DNA of 63,851 nucleotides, the filler included, from Reticulomyxa filosa (lineage: Eukaryota > Protista > Foraminifera): NCBI GenBank assembly GCA_000512085.1. It is 21 parts of 21 records of this genome, joined end to end, with 100 filler letters (N's around TTAATTAATTAA, not from the genome) between each part and the next. Parts side by side here need not be neighbours in the genome. Positions count along the whole stretch, not along the records: positions 1 to 2,581 come from ASPP01041811.1; positions 2,682 to 3,728 come from ASPP01016298.1; positions 3,829 to 5,523 come from ASPP01028918.1; positions 5,624 to 6,664 come from ASPP01042389.1; positions 6,765 to 10,139 come from ASPP01008443.1; positions 10,240 to 11,338 come from ASPP01033058.1; positions 11,439 to 12,590 come from ASPP01025012.1; positions 12,691 to 14,873 come from ASPP01005317.1; 13 more parts are not named here. The stretch is one strand, 5' to 3'. The notes under the pieces are model-generated. The model worked only from the letters and a program-made list of their open reading frames with translations. It did not search any database and was not told where the DNA came from. Positions 1 through 12,762 of this stretch are shown piece by piece. The position numbers and the translations under genes are program-made. Every line of letters begins with the position of its first letter. Position 1 is the first letter of the stretch.

Positions 1-693
1 TAACGCTAAATAAAAGAAAGAATAAAACGTAAAGACAACTTAGATTTAACTTTGATTGATAAGTTTAAGTTCATTCTTGAGCTTTTTTTAGTTTTTTCTT
101 GAGATGTTTTTTGATGATGCAAGATGAAAAAAATGGAACTTTTGTTTAAAAAAGGAAAAACTGAACTAATGTGTACACAAGAAACATTTTGAAATGAAAA
201 ACAAATGCTACATTTTGTAAAATATCTTTGTATCACAATAATCAGTAACAACAATTCTACAATGCAAAATTTTCAAATTAAAAAATAGAAGGTTAATTAT
301 TTTTGAATTTTGTATTAAATCTGTGTAAGCAGAAATGCTTTTCATAATAAATTGTAAGAGATTTATGAATGAAATAAATAAGTGTTTATATTTATAATTA
401 TTCCTTTATGTTAACAATTTCAATTCAATTTTCATAGTTCATTAAAAATTGTTTAAAAAAAGATTGGCAAATTTCATGACTACGAGAATACGATTGTCAA
501 TTTTTTTAAAGAAATTTTACCAAATCAAATGAAAGATTAAAATTTTTGAAAAAATTGGAAAGACTTAATAAAAAACCAAAATGATATTTAAAAACTACAC
601 GATTTGTAGAAAAAAAAAAAATTTTGATTAAATGTTGTTTTTTCATTGATATTCTGTTGAAAACATTCCAAATAAATTATCAAAATTTGGCAC

Positions 694-780
694 ATTCATT
701 TATCACCCGATGACTTAAAATTAGTGTCATGTCCTCGTGATAAAACAATTCATTTATGGGATAGTGATAAAGAAAAAATT
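694..780 (+). pseudogene. Isolated WD40 repeat relic
   Basis: Translates to IHLSPDDLKLVSCPRDKTIHLWDSD, matching the FSPDG..VS.S.DKTIRLWD repeat of the WD40 gene at 15.6 kb; no surrounding ORF. Confidence 0.55.
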
Positions 781-2581
781 ATTGATAATGATACACACAA
801 TTATTTATTTACAAAGAATACAATTATCGATTATCTATTTTGTTTAATGTTGTCAAAATGTTCTATAAAAGATAGATGAATGTGCATAAAACAAGAGCAC
901 ACTGTTTTGATATATTCAAAAATTTCATATCATAGGAAATAATTTCATTTTTACAAATAAACAGATTATTAAATTTTTAAAATGAATTTGCATGATTTTG
1001 TTTAGAATAACAGCTCAGTCTTTCAAAAAAAACTGTTTGGCTCAAAAGAAGATGAGAATCTTCATCCCATCTTCGTATAAAGTCTTTTAAAAGAGAATTT
1101 TCAATTTGCAATAGCTCTGAAAAAAGGGATGAAATTTTATTATCGTGCATATATTTCTTGTTTGTCGTTGATTTTTGAAATTATACTATATCTCATTTGT
1201 CTATTTTTAACACGTATTTGCGTGTCGAACTATTTAGAAAATCAGTATTGTTCTGAATACTTATGCAATCAAGTTGTATTTTATTAGCTTATTATTATAT
1301 GTTGAAATTTATCACATTTCCATTGCATCAAATGTTTTCTAAAGCGTTTGAAATAATGTAGGATTTTGTTATGTTAATCACATTTATTTCACATAACACA
1401 ACAAAACAAATACAAATGTTTTGTGGATATCTATTTGAAATATCTTATCATACAATTCAACAGTTTATGATTTTCATTTCTTAAAAGGGTACTTTGCAAC
1501 AAATGATCTTTTGGAACAAAGATTTGAATACTCTTTTTTGTTATCACAAGAAAGTTTAGCTTTGTTATGGTATTTTTATTGTTCCTTCAACTGACCTTTG
1601 TTTGTCTTTAGAATTTGGACATAACAACAAAAGTCTCTTCAAAAAAATATGAAGAGGTCGCATAAATATGTTATATAAGTGAGATTACTTATGCCAAGGT
1701 TGACTATATTTTCTCAAAAGGAGAATTGGTGATTACTTCAAAATGTCCTTATTTCAGACAATTAATCGAATATCTCACACGAAAATAGAATATTTTCAAA
1801 CAATGTTTTGTCATTTAGTTTATTATTTCATTTGTCTAAGAGTCACTTTGTATATTTCATATTTTAATTGTTAGAATGCTTTTAATTATTGATATTGATA
1901 TTGCAACGACAAACAAACCTTGTCAATTGTTTTCATTTCATAACAGTGTTGTTATTCAATGACTATCAGTTGATCTAAATAAATAAAAAAAAGAATTTTA
2001 AGCATTTCTTCTTTTCCTGTTATTTTTAACAAAATTGCGAAAATGAAAAACTTTAAAATCGCACACTTTTTTATTACTCAAGCGTAATCATTAAAAGACC
2101 TTTGTTCTTAACTTTTTTCAGCTTTCTGCTTATTAGCGTGGATCCTTTCTTAAAAGAAGGGAACACATGAGCAGAGCAGGTTCATACAAAAAGGGCTTGA
2201 GTAGTTTTATGTCCAGAAATAGTTCAGTGTTAGATTTTCTAACTCCCCCTTGCAAACGCAAACTGTTTGAAAAAAGAACAAACAGTAATGATGATTGATT
2301 TTTGTAATTTGGATTTGCTTTTGAACAGAAAAATCTTCAAATAGGAAATTCTTCTACTTTGGCATTAAAAAAAGGGAACTACATCCATTTAATTATCCGC
2401 TCATCAAAAAATAGAGTTTTTTCTAAAAATATAATAATTTTGCACATATTTCTTTTTTTTAAATTTATCAGTCTCTATCCATTTTTTAACAAAGACTTTT
2501 TTTTGGATAAAAATTCAACTCCAAAAACTTTTTTTTTGAGCTTCAATTGATCATTATTTATAAAATAAAAAAGATAATGAA

Positions 2582-2681
2582 NNNNNNNNNNNNNNNNNNN
2601 NNNNNNNNNNNNNNNNNNNNNNNNNTTAATTAATTAANNNNNNNNNNNNNNNNNNNNNNNNNNNNNNNNNNNNNNNNNNNN
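2582..2681. other. Artificial 100-bp contig spacer (first of 20)
   Basis: 44 N + TTAATTAATTAA (stops in all six frames) + 44 N. Identical spacers start at 2582, 3729, 5524, 6665, 10140, 11339, 12591, 14874, 16898, 18131, 20171, 36424, 37525, 39795, 42954, 44747, 47347, 51809, 54767 and 59945. Confidence 0.98.
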
Positions 2682-2717
<36 letters not shown>

Positions 2718-2788
2718 GAAAAATGGTTTTTGTTGTCAAAAATTATAACAACTTCCTTTGTGTGTTTGTGGCTCAAAAACGCACACAG

Positions 2789-3618
2789 ATGTTTGGAAAA
2801 ACGCTCAAAGAAGTTTCCACAAAGATGATATCGCAATATCTGTGCAGTGCTCGACGTAAGCGCGAGCGCAAGCAAAACCAAATGCTGCTCCGACTAATGA
2901 GAGCAGTGATAACACGATCGAACATCGAAAGGTTGATCGAGCAAGCGCGCAAGGTCATCCAGTGTGATAAAGTGGCTCTGTTTCTGAAAGACGAAATCTG
3001 CAGTCGACTGTGTTGCAAAGCGAGCGACGATATCAAAAATGTCCGATTGCCATCCTCGGTGGGTCTTGTCGGACATGTTGTCACTACGGGACAGATGCTG
3101 TTTGTGGAAGACGCTTACAAGGTTCCCATTTATTTATTTTATTTTATTTTTTTTTTTGAGTATCAAATATTATGTTTTTAATTCAAAAAACGATTAAACT
3201 CCTTCATATACAATATATGTACATACATTTTTCTGTCCATATTTTCCTTTGTACGTATTTAGGACCCACGCTTTAATCCCACAGTGGATAAGCAAACTGG
3301 TTATCACACAAAGACGGTGCTTTTGCGTGCCTGTGTATTTCCAAGAGGAAATAATCGGCGCGCTGGAGTGTGTGAACAAAGAAAATGACAAAATGTTCAC
3401 GCAAGAAGACGAAACGGCACTGGTTAAAGTGGCGAACGAGATGTCACTGTCGTGCTCCAGATCCGGAAAGAGCGGATTGTACTTCTTGAACAAAGAGTTA
3501 AGCAATGGCACCGACAAGCAACGTTGGATGCAACTTCACAGTATTTTTGACGCCGACGATGAATCATCTTCGCAAGACATACAATCCCACTCCTCCGTTG
3601 GTACCAAACAAACTCGAG
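2789..3618 (+). CDS. GAF-domain protein (PDE/cyclase-type GAF), internal exons, partial
   Basis: Exons 2789-3121 and 3263-3618 (intron 3122-3262, GT..AG) give GLVGHVVTTGQMLFVEDAYK-DPRFNPTVDKQTGYHTKTVL-CVPV..IIGALECVNK..FTQEDE, the GAF NKFDE signature. One extra T in the run at 3321-3324 shifts the frame. Confidence 0.85.
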
Positions 3619-4313
3619 GTATTTTATTATACTGCGAAAACAAAAAAAGAAATGTACATGCACGTATACATTATATATGTACACATATACGTACTTTTTT
3701 TTTGCTGATTGATATGAATTGACTGGATNNNNNNNNNNNNNNNNNNNNNNNNNNNNNNNNNNNNNNNNNNNNTTAATTAATTAANNNNNNNNNNNNNNNN
3801 NNNNNNNNNNNNNNNNNNNNNNNNNNNNGGAACTAACCCTTTTTGTGCGTCTTTCCAATTGTCTACTTTTATTGACGTATTTTTTATGAATTATAGTTTC
3901 ACTTTCTTTTATGTATGGTTTTGGATATGTTTTTTAAAACTTTTTGACGGGTGTACTTTTTTTGGTTCAAAGCTTTGTTGGACGTGTCAACAAAATCTAG
4001 AGAAAATCAAAATCTAAAAGGAACGAATTTTTGAAATGTGAGAAACTTTTAAATCTATCGCAAGGACTTTGAAAGCACAGCAGCAATCAAAAGAATTTGA
4101 TTAACTGGCATTCTCCTTAGACAGTCTTTAATGATGATATTTATTGTTGATCATCAAACTAATTACAAACCTTTTCCTTCATTTTTCCAATTGGTAAGAA
4201 TATCACATTTATATAGCAAACACTCCTTTTCTTATGCAATTACTCCACACTTCAGATATGAGCAAATTGTGCTATCATTGAATAAATATATCACAATTAT
4301 TATCTTTTTCTTA

Positions 4314-4660
4314 AGGCTGTCATAATGAATTGACGTCGAAGTTGGATACTAACAAATACCTAAAACTTCGCGTGTATCCACAAAATGTTCTTTTTACTGC
4401 TCGTTCACGAGTGTAAGCAGACACAAAAGCTTTGCAATTTGTCGTCAAAGACAACATTAAAGCTTCGAAACTAAAAAAACTTGAACTGCTGTTCAACTTA
4501 CAACAAATTATTTCAATTGAAGACATTTCTAGCATGTAATATAGATATTTACCTAAAACCAAAGAGAAAGTTGTAGTACTCATGATGTCGTAATAAATAA
4601 TTCTCGCACTACAAGTTTGCGCACCTCTTTCAGCAGCAGGAAAACCAACAAAGTTATATT
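4314..4660 (+). pseudogene. Possible decayed coding exon, unknown product
   Basis: After an AG, a protein-like frame (GCHNELTSKLDTNKYLKLRVYPQNVLF...) is interrupted by several in-frame TAA; no recognisable domain. Confidence 0.25.
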
Positions 4661-6431
4661 TGTTGTTCTACACATTAAAAGTTAATGATTTCAAAAAATG
4701 TACTTTACAAAAATATTTTTTTTCATTTAAAAATTGTTATCTATATTTTGTGGAACAACTTCAAGAAATGATTTCAGATTTTCGTTAGTTTAACATAAAA
4801 AAAAAATCAAAAATAATTATTTTTTTTAAAAAAAGTGTCATTCATGTAAAATGAAAATGGTATAAATGATGAAATTTTTATATAGACAATCAATGTATAT
4901 GATATATAAAAAAATAAAAAATATATAAATCGAATGCCCTTGACCTGGACAACAATTTATGATATTTTCACCAAATAAATTTAATTTTAAATTTTAATTA
5001 TACATTCGAATTACGTCACATGTATCACACTTTTTATAATATTATTTTTTTTAGCTAATATAAACACTGCAACTGATAAGACTTAAACTACATTTTTCAA
5101 TTCTCAATTTCGTGAAAAAATTTCAAAGTTTGGATTCGGAACACAAATACGAAGAGAATGTTTACGAGATGAAAAATTTGCATTTTAAAAACGGGTTTTG
5201 TTTTTCCAAAAGGGATTTTGTGGAGTAAAATTGCAATAAAATTATTTTTATTTCTTTAATTGTATGTAAATAACCATTTCACTTACATTAATATCTCCAG
5301 AACAGATCGGATAAAAAAAATCAATTAAACAGTGAGTGCAATTTTTTTTATTTTACTGACGTAATATTCTTCTTTTGAAAACAGGCCAAAAGATTTTATT
5401 CATCGCTTACTCTTCTTCAGAGGACAAGTAAAGTCTTGCGTTTTTCTTTGTTTAACATCAGTCAACGTTATAAAACATTAAGAAAAATAACATGTTCACG
5501 CAACAGTGATCATCATTATTTGTNNNNNNNNNNNNNNNNNNNNNNNNNNNNNNNNNNNNNNNNNNNNTTAATTAATTAANNNNNNNNNNNNNNNNNNNNN
5601 NNNNNNNNNNNNNNNNNNNNNNNTTATTGAATCACTTTGCACAATTGTATATTTGCAATCAATACAAAAATAAAAGCAAGAACATGTTTTTACAGACAAA
5701 ATGATAACTTATTTGTATTTTATTTTATTTTTCTAATGTTTTCCTTTTTAAAAACTTGTGTTGAAAACATTTCGAAAAGGACATTCCTTGATGAGAAAGA
5801 GATACTGTTTGTTTTTTTTGCACAGTATAAAAGAACTTTAAAAACACTGTTTTTGAGTTTTTAGTCAGTATGTAGTGCCAATAGTAGCAAGAGTGTCAAA
5901 ATTGGATATCAGTTTGTAATGAGGTAGTTGTTTCTTTTTCATGAGACAAGAAAATAGATTTGATTAAAAAATCATTTTTACTAATTGTTAAGATGTATAC
6001 AAATAAATCTGAATTTTCAATATCGATTGCGAAAAAAGGGGCTGTTTTGTTGAGTGGTTTCCCTCTCCTAAACAAGAGTTTGTTTTTTACAATCTTGGCG
6101 TAACAAGTGAACACACGATTCCTATAAAGAAATGTTTTTTGTCGTTTCGTTCAATCCTTGTTGTTTAAATAAATTATAAGATTCATTTTATTGCAAAGAT
6201 TTAGATTATTTCAAGATAAAAAAACAAGTAAAATTTATAAATTACAAGTTTATAATGAAACGTACTTACTATTTCTAAATCAAGTTTCTGAATCTTCAAA
6301 AGTAAAAAAATCATCATTATCATACTCGTACAACTTCAACAAACATTTCCTAAGATAGATGAAGAGATCATTTCAGATTATCAATTATTTGTTAAGTGTT
6401 AAATTGTTATATTTACATGTCAAACACACAG

Positions 6432-6664
6432 GATTTCAACTCTTTCCATGCCATTTTGAAATTTTCTGATAATACAACACACAAAGAGCCATTGAATCCA
6501 TATTCAACCACTTTCAAACAAGGAATGCAGCATCTAAAACACAATTTACAAGTTAGAGGCCATTTTGCAGATGGAACAGAGGAAGTAATACTATTTAAAT
6601 GTGAATTTGACAAATATAACCCAAAGATATCATCAAAAATGAATGACTCAGATGTATTATTACA
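6432..6664 (+). CDS. Fragment of an expanded lineage-specific family (paralog of 10240-11338)
   Basis: DFNSFHAILKFSDNTTHKEPLNPYSTTFKQGMQHLKHNLQ closely matches EFNSFHVIWKDNDNRTHKKPLNPYSITFKQGIQHVQHNLQ; the intron 3' end (tgttaaattgtta...caaacacacag) is also shared. Truncated by the contig end. Confidence 0.7.
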
Positions 6665-6764
6665 NNNNNNNNNNNNNNNNNNNNNNNNNNNNNNNNNNNN
6701 NNNNNNNNTTAATTAATTAANNNNNNNNNNNNNNNNNNNNNNNNNNNNNNNNNNNNNNNNNNNN

Positions 6765-6802
6765 GCATTTTAGGTGTCAACTTTCTTTTTTATCTTACTG
6801 TA
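6765..6802. mobile_element. Terminus of a TA-CAGT-ended TIR (MITE-like) repeat
   Basis: gcattttaggtgtcaactttc...ttactg+TA at the contig start resembles the termini ending at 12717, 12760, 40025 and 60258. Confidence 0.45.
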
Positions 6803-6989
6803 TAAAAACGATTTGTGTACAGAAGAATATTTACTCTAGTATGTCATGACATATCTTTTTTTACAAACGTATTTATTATTTACTGTTCAAGGACAATATT
6901 TTAAAAGTTTTCACTGAATAATAATCGATAACGACTTTTTACTTTTTATTTAAGCTAAAGGTATAAATGAAAGTTGCTGGTAAAAAACA

Positions 6990-9900
6990 CTACTTACTCT
7001 GGACAAGTGGCACTGCCTCTTCAATGTCGTAACAGTTGCAGTGTTCACAAACACATCTTATTTCACTTGTTTCGGTCAAGGTATTTGCAATCTGCGGTAA
7101 TAATTCTTGATAGGCGTTTACTTTTTTCTTGGAGCACTGGCAGCCCAATCCACACTGACAGCCTTTGGCTGACTGTTTCTGCAAGCTAGCCTTATCTTTG
7201 TTTTGGGATTTTTCTTTGTCAAAAGGAGAGCGGTAGCGCTTCAGCTCCAACGACGAAGCCAAAACACACAAAGAAGAGCAAGCCATGGCAATCGCAGCAA
7301 ATTCCGGTGCTAATCGGACCTTCCACACGGGATAAAAAATGCCAGCAGCAATGGGGATACCTAAAGAGTTGAACCCCAAGGCCCACACAAAGTTCCACCA
7401 AATGCGATGGATAATTACCTTGGATAAGTCGAGCAAAGTTAAAATGTGTTCCAAATTGTCAGTCATTAAGATGACACCAGCGGCCTCAATTGCGATATCA
7501 GTTCCTTTTCCAATTGCAATTCCCAAATCAGCTTGTGCAAGTGCAGCCGCATCATTTACTCCATCTCCTGTTCATCGATTATTATTATTATTATTATTAA
7601 CAATATTAAAGATATACGTAAAAAACGTATACGTATAAACGTACAAACCTATCATAGCAACTTTTTTAATATACTTTGTATTGCCTTGCCTTTCTTTTTC
7701 GGTTTGTTTCGTCCAAGCAATGCCTTTTTGTAGACATTCAATGACCGCATGCTTTTCCTGAGGCAAGACCTGACTAATGACATTATCCTCAGCATTTTCC
7801 AAGCCAATATATTTGGCAACAGCATGAGCCGTGGTTTTGCCATCTCCAGTGAGCATTTTAGTTGCAATATTTTTCTGTTGTAGCTTCTCCAACACCCATT
7901 TGGCCTCTGACCGCGGCGCATCAAAAAGACAAACCATGCCACATAAGACATTGTCAATGGCCAGCAGCAAAGTGATATGACCACGCAGCGCCCTTGTTTT
8001 CATTTCGTCAGCGACTTGACTGGCATCAGTGAATTGATCCGGCAGCGCAATTTCGACAAGTTTGTCTTCCTCAGTCTTTTCAAATAAAAACGCCCAATTT
8101 CCAATTTTGACGTTTCTGCCATTGACCTGAGCTTCGACGCCTTTGCCAGGCAAAGCTACAAACGAGTGTGGCAAAGACAGGTCTGTCAATTGGAACTGCG
8201 TGCGTGCATACTGGACAATGGCCTTTGCCAAGGGATGTTCACTATTGATTTCAGCACTGGCGGCCAAAGCGACCATATCTTGTTTGGTCATTGCTCCGAC
8301 GGTCATGACAGATTGTTGTTCTTTGTCTTCTTTTTTTCCTGTTTCAGTTCTTCACTTTCCTTTTTTCGTCATTTGCATTGGCACGACGAGCCTTGATCAT
8401 CGAGTAGCAAATAAACTCAATGACATTGGGGACGCCCAAAGTGAGTGTTCCCGTTTTGTCAAACACCATTGTGTTCAAGCCGTGAGCCACTTCCAAAACG
8501 TCGCCCCCTTTGACGAGCAGGCCGTACTTGGACGCAACGCCAATACCTACCATCACAGCCGTGGGCGTGGCCAGACCCAACGCGCATGGACAAGCGATGA
8601 CCAGCACGGCCAGTGCAAAGGACAGACTAAAAAACACGGGCGAGTTGGGCCGATAGTAGTGCGGCGGGACCACTCCAGCCAGACACAGGCTGTACCATAG
8701 GATGAACGTGCAAACGCTGATCAACACGACCACGGGCACGAACCAGGCCGATACTTGGTCGGCAAATTCTTGCTGCGAGGGTTTGTTCAGCTGCGACCAT
8801 TTCAACAGGTCAATCATTTGCGACAGCACTCCTTCCGACTTCAATTTGTCGCAGCGAATATAGATTATCGAATCGCCGCAATTGATCGCCGACGACACGA
8901 CCGTATCTCCTATCGTCACATTTCGAGGTATTGATTCTCCGGTTATCATTGACTCGTCTACTGATGTACTTCCGTATACCACCGTACCTTTTTTTTTAAT
9001 AATAAATTGTGTGTATACGTTTCTTAAAAAAAAAAAAAAAAAAAAAATTCAAATGACGTATAACCATCTAATGGAATTCTTTGCCCCCTTCGGACTTTGA
9101 TGATATCTCCAACGATAATCAACTCAGTGGACACAAGCTGTGCATCCCCAACGACGTCTCCGCTTTGGTCAATGGTCAAAAGCTCAGCATTGGACTCTTG
9201 CAGGTCCATCATTTTGGCGATCGCTTCGCACGTTTTGCCTTTGGCTCTCGCCTGAAGCCACTTGCCGAGCCAAACGATGGTGATGATGGTGGTGGCTGTC
9301 TCAAAGAACTGCTCTCCGCCCTTCATCGGGAAGTCTTTGGCAGTGGATAAGAAGCCAAACAGCACAGCAATGAACCCATAAACCCAAGCTGTGGTGGTGC
9401 CGACAGCGATGAGTGTGGACATGTTGGAGCGCTTATGCTTGAAAGCCACCCACGCAGACTTGTAAAAAAACTTGCCCACGTAAAACTGGACGGGAATACT
9501 CAAGAACAGCAATACCAAGCCAAGCCAATTCAGATGCGGCCTTTGTGCAAACACAGGTCGTTCCAGCAACGCCTCATGTACTTCCATCGACACCATTGGC
9601 AAGATCATATCCAATATAAAGATAGGAATGCTAAAGATACACGAAATTTTCAACTTACGATACATCTTATCAGCTTCGCGACGTTGACTGGCACGAAATT
9701 CATCGCGCTCTTTCATTAGTGAGTCCAGCACCACCACTTCTTCGTACGCCATGTCGTTCAGCAAAAAGTGGTAAATGTCGCGCACGGTCGCATTCTCGCA
9801 ACACAAGTCGCCGCCAGTGCGGTAGTACTTTACTACCAAATGCTTCGTCAGTACATTCGTTTTCGCCTGGCTCACGAGTCGAGGCCATCGACGCAATATT

Positions 9901-10032
9901 TCCTCTTCCAACAGCTTCGCCGTCGTCACGTCTTCGTCCATATCCTCCAGCAAAAACGTCACCGTGTTTGTCTCTTCCGCTTCGGATCTCTTTGGGACAC
10001 TTTTGTGTTCTTCTTCTACCACTTGCGTTTTC
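6990..10032 (-). CDS. P1B-type heavy-metal (copper-like) transporting P-type ATPase, 5' partial
   Basis: Motifs VDESMITGES, CPCALGLATP, DKTGTLT, SEHPLAKAI, MLTGD, GDGVND and MACSS. Introns 8988-9064 and 7568-7648 restore the frame. An unresolved frame discontinuity remains at about 8340-8410. Confidence 0.93.
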
Positions 10033-10239
10033 TTTGTTTACAATTCAATTGGTTGTTTTTTTTTTTTTTACTACTTTAACGGTTTTGTCAAAACTAAAAA
10101 AAAAAAAAGGGGGGAACACTTAAAAAAAAAAAAAAAAAANNNNNNNNNNNNNNNNNNNNNNNNNNNNNNNNNNNNNNNNNNNNTTAATTAATTAANNNNN
10201 NNNNNNNNNNNNNNNNNNNNNNNNNNNNNNNNNNNNNNN

Positions 10240-11338
10240 CTCAAATAAAAATCCAAATAAGGCCAATTATGATGTCTAAATTGAATTTGATCATAACTGA
10301 ATTTTTCATTACATGATTTACCACAATACAATAAAATTGCACAAATATGCCATAATTGAAGTGGATATCCCATTTTTTTATGAATATCATCATGATACAA
10401 TATCTTCAATTCATTTAATATTGTTAATATCAATTCATTTAATACCAATTCACCACTTTCATCCTTTTCATTATAATTAATCTGTCCTTTAATTTTTTTA
10501 TGAAATGCCGATGGTCTACTAATTAAATCATTCAAACAATCATTCTTTATTACTTCATGTAACAATTTCTGCAAATCATTATTTCTTGTTAATTTTACAT
10601 TTATTGTATCTTCAATAGTTTTAATTTTGTGAATATCACATTCATATAGTAATGGATTGAATTTAGTTTTTTGATTTAATGAAATATCCTGAAATGGAAC
10701 ATTTTTTGGTAATTTATTTCTTTCAATACCAATTGTACGTTTGTAGGGTACCATGAAGCAATAATCTATTTCCCAATATACTTGAATAATTGGATAATGA
10801 GGAAGATATTTGTAAATATCATGTAATAATACATCTGCGTAATTTGTTTTTGATATCTTTGACGATATCTCCGGTTTACATTTGTCAAATTTACATTTAA
10901 ATAATATGAATTCATCTCTTCCATCTATAAAATGATTTCTCATTTGTAAATTATGTTGTACATGTTGTATTCCTTGTTTGAAAGTGATTGAATATGGATT
11001 CAATGGCTTTTTGTGTGTTCTATTATCATTATCTTTCCAAATGACATGAAAAGAGTTGAACTCCTGTGTGTTTGAAATGTAAGTGTAACAATTTAACAAT
11101 TAACAAATAATTGAAAATTTATATTTGATAAAGACATTTTTATGTTTTTGCCTTCATTAACTGATACACAATTTGATAAATCGTCTCTATCATCAAATAA
11201 TAATGTGCGGAAGTGCCAAGTATGATTGAGAATGAGACAAGCCCATTTGGCATGTGTTTCAATAATATCAATGTCATTATAATATTGAATACTCACATTG
11301 AATTCCAATGATGATTTGTTTGGATTTCCAAGTTGTAA
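10240..11338 (-). CDS. Expanded lineage-specific protein, possibly entering an ADP-ribosyltransferase-like domain; partial at both ends
   Basis: Two exons joined by a phase-0 intron at 11064-11161; the frame is open to the contig end and finishes ..HICAILLYCGKSCNEKFSYDQIQFRHHNWPYLDFYL. The ART assignment is inference. Confidence 0.7.
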
Positions 11339-12086
11339 NNNNNNNNNNNNNNNNNNNNNNNNNNNNNNNNNNNNNNNNNNNNTTAATTAATTAANNNNNN
11401 NNNNNNNNNNNNNNNNNNNNNNNNNNNNNNNNNNNNNNAAATATTTAGAAAGCCAAAGAAAGTATTTTGTTATTACATTACACACCTTTTCTGTATTTTG
11501 TTTATTATTTTAATATTTTCAAAAGTTCAGTAAAAGGATAGTTGTTTTATTTAATTTTAAGCAAAAAATATAAGTTAGTAGTAAGAAAGCGAACCATATT
11601 GTATTTGTTTTTTTAATAACAAAAGCCAATTACTTGTATTATCAAAAAATCAATGTTATAATCATGTTTAAAGATAAGAATCTTTCAAATATTTGAATTA
11701 CATTTAATTATAAAAAAAGGGGCTGCTTATTCTTTCGTTATATTTTTGGGATGAAGTAAAAAATAATTTTTTTGAGATATCACAGTTTGAAATGAACGCT
11801 TTATTTCAATAAACTACGACTTTTGTTTAGTCTAAAGAAAAAAAACAAGTATCAATACTTGAGATGCCCATTTCAAATATTTTTATGAGATCTGAATCTT
11901 TGATTCAACATGAAATTTGTTTTATTGAAAAGAAATATTAAAATAATGAATGTAATAAATTCAATTTAAATAAGGCAATTGAATTATTTGTATCAATGAT
12001 GGCAAAGCAAATAATTGAATTCTCAAAAAATTTAATGAATAATTTGTAAAATATGCTCAAATTCCTAAATGTTTCTTGAAATTGTT

Positions 12087-12590
12087 TTATTTGAGATAGA
12101 AACTCAACAAAGTCTCTTCTCCATACATTTCTCCATCTTGTCCATAGTCACTACTTCCTTCATCTTTACCCTTTCCAGGACCTTGATTCCTTGGATATCC
12201 TAATTGTGAGCAATCAATTTTGGATGAAGAGTGTTTAATCCACAAATGACTTATTTTGATTTTTAGGTGTCCAAGTAAAAATATTCCAAATTTATAATTA
12301 TCCACATTCATTTTTTTTTAAAATGTATTGTTTGTTTATTTTCAGCCACCAATAAAAAATCAACTCTATTTTTCAAATTCGAACTTTGAATGAATGACAA
12401 CGTATTCTCACAGTTTTTGTGTTATTCTTTTTCAATTTGGGGTTGATTTTTTACTTTAGTTTCGATATTTTGATTGTATTGATCAAATTTGATTTGATAT
12501 TGTTCCAATTGTTTTTTTGAATGCATTTATTGTTTGATATTTTTCTTTGTAATTCATGTTTTAAGTTGTCAATTTGTTGCTTTTGCTGTC
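12087..12590 (-). pseudogene. Decayed coiled-coil + glycine-rich (LGYP..QGPGKG..G..YGEETLL) family member
   Basis: A frameshifted coiled coil (QQKQQIDNLKHEL.., KKQLEQYQIKFDQ) precedes HLWIKHSSSKIDCSQLGYPRNQGPGKG..GEMYGEETLL, which then stops early. Confidence 0.5.
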
Positions 12591-12690
12591 NNNNNNNNNN
12601 NNNNNNNNNNNNNNNNNNNNNNNNNNNNNNNNNNTTAATTAATTAANNNNNNNNNNNNNNNNNNNNNNNNNNNNNNNNNNNNNNNNNNNN

Positions 12691-12762
12691 GTGTCAACTT
12701 TACTTTGCATTCTACTGTATAATGTGCTATTTATGTGTTAACTTTCTTTGCATTTTACTGTA
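12691..12762. mobile_element. Two tandem termini of the TA-CAGT TIR repeat family
   Basis: gtgtcaactttactttgcattctactg+TA (ends 12717) and gtgttaactttctttgcattttactg+TA (ends 12760), at a contig start. Confidence 0.5.

Noticed and set aside
4314-4660. Alternative genetic code with TAA read as Gln
   Set aside because: Intact genes (ATPase, CBS protein, SPT16) end in TAA and long ORFs have no internal TAA; the stops here fit decay.
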